Shown here piece after piece: positions 58,560-64,000 of a DNA stretch of 64,000 bases. A program made the translations under genes and the position numbers. The stretch lies in NCBI GenBank assembly GCA_043814315.1, contig JBDRKE010000010.1, forward strand, positions 2,896 to 66,895, read 5' to 3'. The first letter of the stretch is position 1. Every line of letters starts with the position of its first letter. Under the pieces are notes generated by a model. The model searched no databases and was not told the origin of the DNA. It worked only from the letters and a program-made list of their open reading frames with translations. Origin of the DNA: Candidatus Omnitrophota bacterium (GTDB taxonomy: Bacteria; Omnitrophota; Gorgyraeia; Gygaellales; Profunditerraquicolaceae).

Positions 58560-59603
58560 ATGATCAATGCAGGTATTGTAGGAGCCACGGGTTATGCCGG
58601 AGAAGAAACGTTGGAAATACTTTTAAGGCATCCCGACGTCAGAATCACGCATATCTCGGCTAAAATCGATAAGCCGAAAAAGATAGCGGAGATCTTTCCG
58701 AGATTCAAAGGCCGGATAGAGCTGTTTTGTCAGTATCCTCATGTTAAAGATATCGTTGCCAAATGTGACGTTGTATTTCTGGCTTTGCCGCACACTGTTT
58801 CCATGGGCATCGCACCTTTGTTGCTTCAACACGGCAAAAAGGTGATAGACCTCAGTGCCGATTATCGGCTCAAAGACGCGAAGATTTATAAAAAATATTA
58901 TGGTGTCCCACAAAAGGACAAGCGGTACTTAAGCGAAGCGGTATATGGGTTGCCCGAGATTTATCGAGCTAAGATTAAGAACGCACGGCTTATTGCCAAT
59001 CCGGGATGCTATCCTACGGTAAGCTTATTAGCCTTGGCGCCGCTGGTTGCTTTGGGGCTTGCGAACAGCGATTCCATCATCGTAGACGCAAAATCCGGTG
59101 TCACAGGCGCAGGCAGAAAAATTGCCGAAAACTTTTTGTTTTCGGAGGTTAATGAAGATTTTAAAGCTTATAAGGTGGAGTGCCACCAGCATGCCCCCGA
59201 GATTAATCAGGAATTGTCAAAGTGGGCCGGAAAAAAAGTCAATGTGACCTTTGTGCCGCACCTATTGCCTCTCAACAGAGGCATCTTAACTACGATATAC
59301 GTCACAAAAATCAAAAATCCAATGGTTCGACTCCGCTCGCCAAAATCCAAAAACCAAAAGCTGGTTGAGCTTTACAAGAAATTTTATAAGAAAGAACCAT
59401 TTATCAGGATTCGGGATGAGGGTGATTTTCCCAGGCTCAAAGATGTGGTCAAGACCAATTTTTGCGATATCGGGATTAAAGAAAGCACAAATGCAACCAT
59501 CATTATTGCAGCCATAGATAATCTCATCAAAGGGGCCGCAGGCCAGGCAGTGCAGAATATGAATATCATGTATAAGTGGCCGGAACAAACAGCATTATTA
59601 TAA
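58560..59603 (+). CDS. argC: N-acetyl-gamma-glutamyl-phosphate reductase, with a repeat-word insert
   Basis: GIVGATGYAGEE, ANPGCYPT active-site Cys. ATG 58560 is preferred over tracked 58548. Confidence 0.9.
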   Translation: MINAGIVGATGYAGEETLEILLRHPDVRITHISAKIDKPKKIAEIFPRFKGRIELFCQYPHVKDIVAKCDVVFLALPHTVSMGIAPLLLQHGKKVIDLSADYRLKDAKIYKKYYGVPQKDKRYLSEAVYGLPEIYRAKIKNARLIANPGCYPTVSLLALAPLVALGLANSDSIIVDAKSGVTGAGRKIAENFLFSEVNEDFKAYKVECHQHAPEINQELSKWAGKKVNVTFVPHLLPLNRGILTTIYVTKIKNPMVRLRSPKSKNQKLVELYKKFYKKEPFIRIRDEGDFPRLKDVVKTNFCDIGIKESTNATIIIAAIDNLIKGAAGQAVQNMNIMYKWPEQTALL

Positions 59604-59727
59604 ATCCAAATGTTAAAGCACAAAATCCAAAATAAGCCCAAAGCACAAAATTCAAAACTAAAAAGTTTTTGTTTTGAAATTTGAATTTTGGATTTATTTT
59701 GTGCTTTGAATTTTGTCATTTGAATTT
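59603..59727. repeat. Family-2 palindrome between argC and argJ
   Basis: AAATCCAAATGTTAAAGCACAAAATCCAAAA lies opposite TTTTGGATTTATTTTGTGCTTTGAATTTTGTCATTTGAATTT. Confidence 0.75.
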
Positions 59728-59735
59728 TTATTATT

Positions 59736-60872
59736 ATGAAGATATATAAAAGGGCGATTTTGCCAAAGGGGTTTCAGGCAAACGCGCTGGCCTGTGGCAT
59801 TAAGAAATCAAGAAAACCGGATTTGGCTTTATTTTACTCTTTGTATCCGGCCAAGGCGTCTTGTAAGTTTACGGCTAACAAAATCCTGGCGGCTCCCATT
59901 CGGGTCAATAAGCTCCATCTGAAGAATAATAATTTTTTTCAAGCCGTTATTGTGAATAGCGGAAATGCAAATTGTTTTAACGGCCGACAGGGGCTCAAAG
60001 ATGCCGGCGAAGTGGCCAGGAAATTGGCAGATTCTTTGGGCATTAAGAAAAGTGAAGTCTTATTGGCTTCTACGGGGATTATAGGAAAGCGGCTTCCTGT
60101 CGCAAAGATTCAGCGGGCCCTGCCGGAATTAATCAGCGGATTATCTAAGCAGGGAGTCGATAAGGCTAAATATGCGATTATAACCACCGATACATTCGCT
60201 AAGACAATTACAGTGCGTTTCCTTATCGGTGGCCGGACGGTTACGATCTGCGGCGTTGCCAAGGGTGCGGGGATGATCGCGCCGGATATGGCGACCATGT
60301 TAACCTTCATCTTTACGGACGCGCATATCAGCCAGGGTGCGCTTCATAGAGCTCTGGGGATTTGCGTGGAGGATTCTTTCAACTGTATTACGGTAGACGG
60401 TTGCATGAGCACCAATGATAGCGTTATCATGTTGGCCAATGGTTCTGCCAAAAATGTTTTGATAGGCCAAGGTAAAAATTTCAATCTTTTTGTTCGGGCA
60501 CTCAGGAGCGCGTGTCTTGAACTGGCCAAGATGATTGTCAAGGATGCGGAAGGCGCGTCAAAATTTATACGAATCAAGGTTGATCAGGCGAGAAGTTTCC
60601 AGGAAGCCAAAAGACTGGCCTTGGCGATAGCTAACTCCAGCCTTTTTAAAACCGCTTGCTTCGGCCAGAACCCTAATTTTGGCAGGATTGTGGCGGCCAT
60701 GGGTTCCTGTGGCATAGACTTAAAAGAAGAAGATCTAAAGATGAAAGTCAGCTCTCTGGAGAAAAGAGAAATAACCGTCAACATATCGGTGAACCGGGGT
60801 AAATTCTCAGCCGTTGTTTACACGTCGGATTTGACGCCCGAGTATGTCCGGATAAATGCGGCGTATAATTAA
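59736..60872 (+). CDS. argJ: Bifunctional ornithine acetyltransferase / N-acetylglutamate synthase ArgJ
   Basis: TTDTFAK, GVAKGAGMIAPDMATMLTFIFTDA autoprocessing region. Confidence 0.9.
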   Translation: MKIYKRAILPKGFQANALACGIKKSRKPDLALFYSLYPAKASCKFTANKILAAPIRVNKLHLKNNNFFQAVIVNSGNANCFNGRQGLKDAGEVARKLADSLGIKKSEVLLASTGIIGKRLPVAKIQRALPELISGLSKQGVDKAKYAIITTDTFAKTITVRFLIGGRTVTICGVAKGAGMIAPDMATMLTFIFTDAHISQGALHRALGICVEDSFNCITVDGCMSTNDSVIMLANGSAKNVLIGQGKNFNLFVRALRSACLELAKMIVKDAEGASKFIRIKVDQARSFQEAKRLALAIANSSLFKTACFGQNPNFGRIVAAMGSCGIDLKEEDLKMKVSSLEKREITVNISVNRGKFSAVVYTSDLTPEYVRINAAYN

Positions 60873-61024
60873 AAGGTTGCGTCTATCGGTTGTGGTTGCG
60901 CAGCTTGAATCGTTTCGCGTCAGACGCAAGAGGTGCCGTTTGACGGTAAACATATAACGATACGATCCGCGCAACCGATGGACGTTTGACGTTATTTTAG
61001 CGGATTGCTTAAACAAGGAAAAAA

Positions 61025-61879
61025 ATGGAAGAAGCGATAAAAAAAGCTGATGTTTTGATCGAGGCTTTACCCTACATTAAGAAATTCCATAAGAAAGTCA
61101 TAGTGATTAAGTATGGAGGAAGCATACTGGGGGAGGAGAAGATTAGAAAAGGTATTCTGGAGGATATCGTTTTCTTGAATTTTATGGGCTTAAGGCCCGT
61201 GCTTGTCCATGGAGGGGGCCCGAACATCAGCGACCGCATGCGCGCAAGCGGCAGGAAAACCGATTTTGTAGATGGCATGCGGGTAACCGATGAAGAGACC
61301 CTAGGGCTTGTGGAAGAAGAGCTGCAGAGTCTGAATGAGGCTATCGTCAAAGAGATATCTGACATAGGCGCGAAAGCCATCGGTTTGAACGGTAAAGATA
61401 ACAACATCATTCAGGTTATAAAGAAAAAAGCCAAGATAGACCTGGGGCTGGTGGGCCACATCGTGGGCATTGACAATACCCCCATTTTGGATGAATTGAA
61501 AAAGGATAGGATTGTGGTCATTTTACCCATGGGAAAAGGCAGGGACAAGAAAACCTACAATGTGAATGCCGATGAAGCAGCTTGTTACATAGCCACAAGT
61601 TTAGAAGCAGAAAAGCTGGTTATTCTGACTAATGTCAAAGGGATTATGCGCAATGCGGATGATCCCAATTCATTCATATCCACCCTGACCATCGAGGAGA
61701 CAAAAGGGCTCATTGAAAATAATATTGTTTTACAGGGCATGATCCCTAAAGTTTGCGCCTGTATAGAGGCGTTGGAAAAAGGTGTTAAAAAGACACATAT
61801 TGTGGATGCCCGCATCCCGCACGGCCTGCTTCTTGAGATATTTACGGATCAGGGCATTGGTACAGAGATAGGTAAATAG
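61025..61879 (+). CDS. argB: Acetylglutamate kinase
   Basis: VIKYGGS, VLVHGGGP, NVNADEAA motifs. Confidence 0.9.
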   Translation: MEEAIKKADVLIEALPYIKKFHKKVIVIKYGGSILGEEKIRKGILEDIVFLNFMGLRPVLVHGGGPNISDRMRASGRKTDFVDGMRVTDEETLGLVEEELQSLNEAIVKEISDIGAKAIGLNGKDNNIIQVIKKKAKIDLGLVGHIVGIDNTPILDELKKDRIVVILPMGKGRDKKTYNVNADEAACYIATSLEAEKLVILTNVKGIMRNADDPNSFISTLTIEETKGLIENNIVLQGMIPKVCACIEALEKGVKKTHIVDARIPHGLLLEIFTDQGIGTEIGK

Positions 61880-61895
61880 TTCAAAGTTCATAGTC

Positions 61896-63071
61896 ATGAA
61901 AAAAGAAGAAGTATTTCAGGCGTACAAAGATTTCATTATGCCGACCTACACCAAGGTGCCTTTGATTTTTGTCAAAGGCAAGGGGTCGTATCTCTGGGAC
62001 ATTCAGGGGAAAGCCTATTTAGATTTTTTCCCGGGTTGGGGCGTGGGGAATCTTGGCCATTGTCATCCCAAAGTGATGCAGGCGGTCCGGGACCAGGTCT
62101 CAAAATTGATATTCATCCCGAATAATTACTACCACGTCCCGCAGGCGAAACTCGCCCGAGAGATAATCTATTGGACGTATCCTGCTAAAGTTTTTTTCTG
62201 CAATTCCGGTGCCGAGGCCAATGAAGCGGCGATTAAATTTTCCAGAAAGTTCGGCGCAGGCCGATACGAGATTATCACATTTGAAAACTCCTTTCACGGC
62301 AGAACGCTAGGCGCCCTGGCCGCTACAGGCCAAAAAATTTATCAGCAGGGGTTTCAGCCTCTGCCTGAAGGTTTTAAAACGGTAAAGTTTAACGATCTTG
62401 AGGCGGTCAGGCAGGCCATCAGCGATAAAACTGTGGCTATTCTGTTAGAGCTCATCCAGGGAGAAGGCGGTATCCATGTGGCGCAAAAAGAGTTTGTTTC
62501 AGGATTACGAAAGATCTGTGATGAAAAGAAGCTGCTTCTTATCGTGGATGAGGTTCAGACAGGCATAGGCCGGACCGGAAAATTATTCTGTTACCAGCAT
62601 TTCGATGTCGTTGTGGATATAATGACTCTGGCTAAGGCTTTAGGAGGAGGTCTCCCTATCGGCGCCATGGTCGTCAGGAAGGAGATTGCCGATACGCTGC
62701 AACCGGGGATGCATGCCTCGACATTTGGCGGAGGGCCGGTTATCTGCAAGGCAGCCCTAGCTGTCTTAAGAACCATACAGAAAGAAAAGATTCTCACGCA
62801 TGTTAATAAAATGAGCGGTTACCTTTTTTTGAAACTTCAGACTTTAAAAGAAAAACATCCCGTCATCAAAGAAGTGAGGGGTAAAGGTTTTATGGCTGGC
62901 ATCGAATTAATTAGAGAGGGAAAGGGCGTTGTTGAAAAATGCATGGAGAAAGGTCTTTTGATCAATTGTACGCACGAGAAGGTGTTGCGGCTGATGCCGG
63001 CTTTAAATATTACCAGAAAAGAGACGGATAGGGCCATCGCTATTTTGGATGAGGTACTCAAAGGTTTTTAA
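61896..63071 (+). CDS. argD: Acetylornithine aminotransferase
   Basis: NSGAEANEAAIK, DEVQTGIGRTG, TLAKALGGG (PLP Lys) motifs. Confidence 0.9.
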   Translation: MKKEEVFQAYKDFIMPTYTKVPLIFVKGKGSYLWDIQGKAYLDFFPGWGVGNLGHCHPKVMQAVRDQVSKLIFIPNNYYHVPQAKLAREIIYWTYPAKVFFCNSGAEANEAAIKFSRKFGAGRYEIITFENSFHGRTLGALAATGQKIYQQGFQPLPEGFKTVKFNDLEAVRQAISDKTVAILLELIQGEGGIHVAQKEFVSGLRKICDEKKLLLIVDEVQTGIGRTGKLFCYQHFDVVVDIMTLAKALGGGLPIGAMVVRKEIADTLQPGMHASTFGGGPVICKAALAVLRTIQKEKILTHVNKMSGYLFLKLQTLKEKHPVIKEVRGKGFMAGIELIREGKGVVEKCMEKGLLINCTHEKVLRLMPALNITRKETDRAIAILDEVLKGF

Positions 63072-63072
63072 T

Positions 63073-63987
63073 ATGAAAAAGGACTTGATTTCCGTAGCAC
63101 AACTAAGCACAAACGATATTGAAGAGGTCTTTAATCTCACAGACCGACTGAAAGAAGACAGGCCTAAATTCAGCCGTGTCCTGTCGGGCAGGACGCTGGC
63201 GTTGATATTCCAAAAGCCCTCTAACCGGACCAGGGTTTCTTTTGAGGTCGGGATGTACCAGTTGGGCGGGAACTCTTTGTATCTTGCCCCTGATGAGATT
63301 AATCTGGGCGTCAGGGAGTCCATAAAAGATGTGGCTCGGACCCTTTCCAGATACGTGGACGGTATCGTATTAAGGACATTTGAACATAGAAATGTTTTAG
63401 AAATGGCTCGATATTCGGACAAGCCTGTCATCAACGGCTTATCCGATTTTTCGCATCCTTGTCAGGCCCTGGCTGATGTGTACACCATAAGAGAAAAGCT
63501 CAAAATCCTGAAAGGCAAAACCTTGGCTTATGTCGGAGACGGCAATAATGTTTGCAATTCGCTGCTGTACGCTTGCGCCAGAGCGGGGCTCAACATGAAA
63601 GTGGGCTCACCCAGGGGCTTTGAACCGAAAAATTCTGTTTTTAAAGAAGCAAAGCGATTTGCCAAGGCAACCCATGCCGCGATAGAATTATTCCATAATC
63701 CTAAAGAGGCGGTCAAAGGTTCGGATGTCATATATACGGATGTCTGGGCCAGCATGGGCCAGGAAAAAGAAACTCAATCAAGGAAAAAAGTATTTAAGCC
63801 TTTTCAGGTCAATAAGGATTTGGCCCGATTGGCAAAACCCGCTGCCTTGATTATGCATTGCCTGCCGGCTCACAGAGGCGATGAGATTACGGATGAAGTT
63901 CTGGAGGGAGCGAATTCCATCGTATTTGACCAGGCGGAAAACAGAATGCATGTACAGAAAGCGATTCTCATCATGTTATTGAAATAG
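63073..63987 (+). CDS. argF: Ornithine carbamoyltransferase
   Basis: FQKPSNRTRVSFE, HPCQALAD, HCLPAHRG motifs. ATG 63073 directly follows the argD stop. Confidence 0.9.
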   Translation: MKKDLISVAQLSTNDIEEVFNLTDRLKEDRPKFSRVLSGRTLALIFQKPSNRTRVSFEVGMYQLGGNSLYLAPDEINLGVRESIKDVARTLSRYVDGIVLRTFEHRNVLEMARYSDKPVINGLSDFSHPCQALADVYTIREKLKILKGKTLAYVGDGNNVCNSLLYACARAGLNMKVGSPRGFEPKNSVFKEAKRFAKATHAAIELFHNPKEAVKGSDVIYTDVWASMGQEKETQSRKKVFKPFQVNKDLARLAKPAALIMHCLPAHRGDEITDEVLEGANSIVFDQAENRMHVQKAILIMLLK

Positions 63988-64000
63988 AGGAGAAATATTT

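Noticed and set aside
24771-59727. Whether the recurrent repeats could be a CRISPR array or arrays.
   Set aside because: The copies are single palindromic elements scattered in separate intergenic spacers. There is no regular repeat-spacer periodicity and no cas genes in the window.

Overview
This is a compact bacterial chromosome segment, almost entirely plus-strand, with moderate GC. The phylum cannot be assigned from the sequence alone, and no database search was possible, so every novelty statement here is unverified.

Gene content in order:
- A truncated DUF2284-like gene, then an orphan promoter-plus-terminator leader.
- Two adjacent giant paralogous genes of 1634 and 2409 aa, counted from their conserved ATGs.
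- A small hypothetical gene, two aldolases (HMGL-like and Eda), yggT, a YkgJ-like gene, dusB, an alpha-glucan phosphorylase, a TamB-like gene and greA.
- Small membrane, lipoprotein and cupin genes, then recG, rsmD and coaD.
- The classical yceD-rpmF-plsX-fabH-fabD-fabG-acpP-fabF block, then leuCDB and asd.
- A 1360-aa GGDEF/STAND-ATPase/HEAT protein that is translationally coupled to a type IV pilus locus.
- truA, rplM-rpsI and argCJBDF.

Headline observation: the two giant genes each encode a Sec-type signal peptide, a shared N-terminal module of about 340 aa, a shared C-terminal module of about 115 aa (PGGIDFR...), and cargo made of fused central-carbon enzymes.
- Gene 1 carries a degenerate plus an apparently intact FBP aldolase/phosphatase-like domain.
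- Gene 2 carries phosphoglycerate kinase, an unassigned module of about 430 aa, a GAPDH-like domain and enolase.
- S-P-containing linkers sit at most module junctions.

Type IV pilus locus:
- A GspE-N/MshEN-like domain is separated from its ATPase core by a single in-frame TAG.
- It also holds a second full-length PilB, PilC, a 943-aa PilX_N-type protein, two pseudopilins, a secreted retropepsin-like protein, and a MerR-like HTH followed by pilN-O-P-Q-M and a PilZ protein.

Second theme: most intergenic spacers hold long imperfect palindromes built from short repeated words. There are three recurrent families. One flanks rplM-rpsI as inverted modules. Fragments also appear inside coding regions (rsmD, fabD, argC).

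I did not recognise any rRNA, tRNA, CRISPR array, transposase or integrase.
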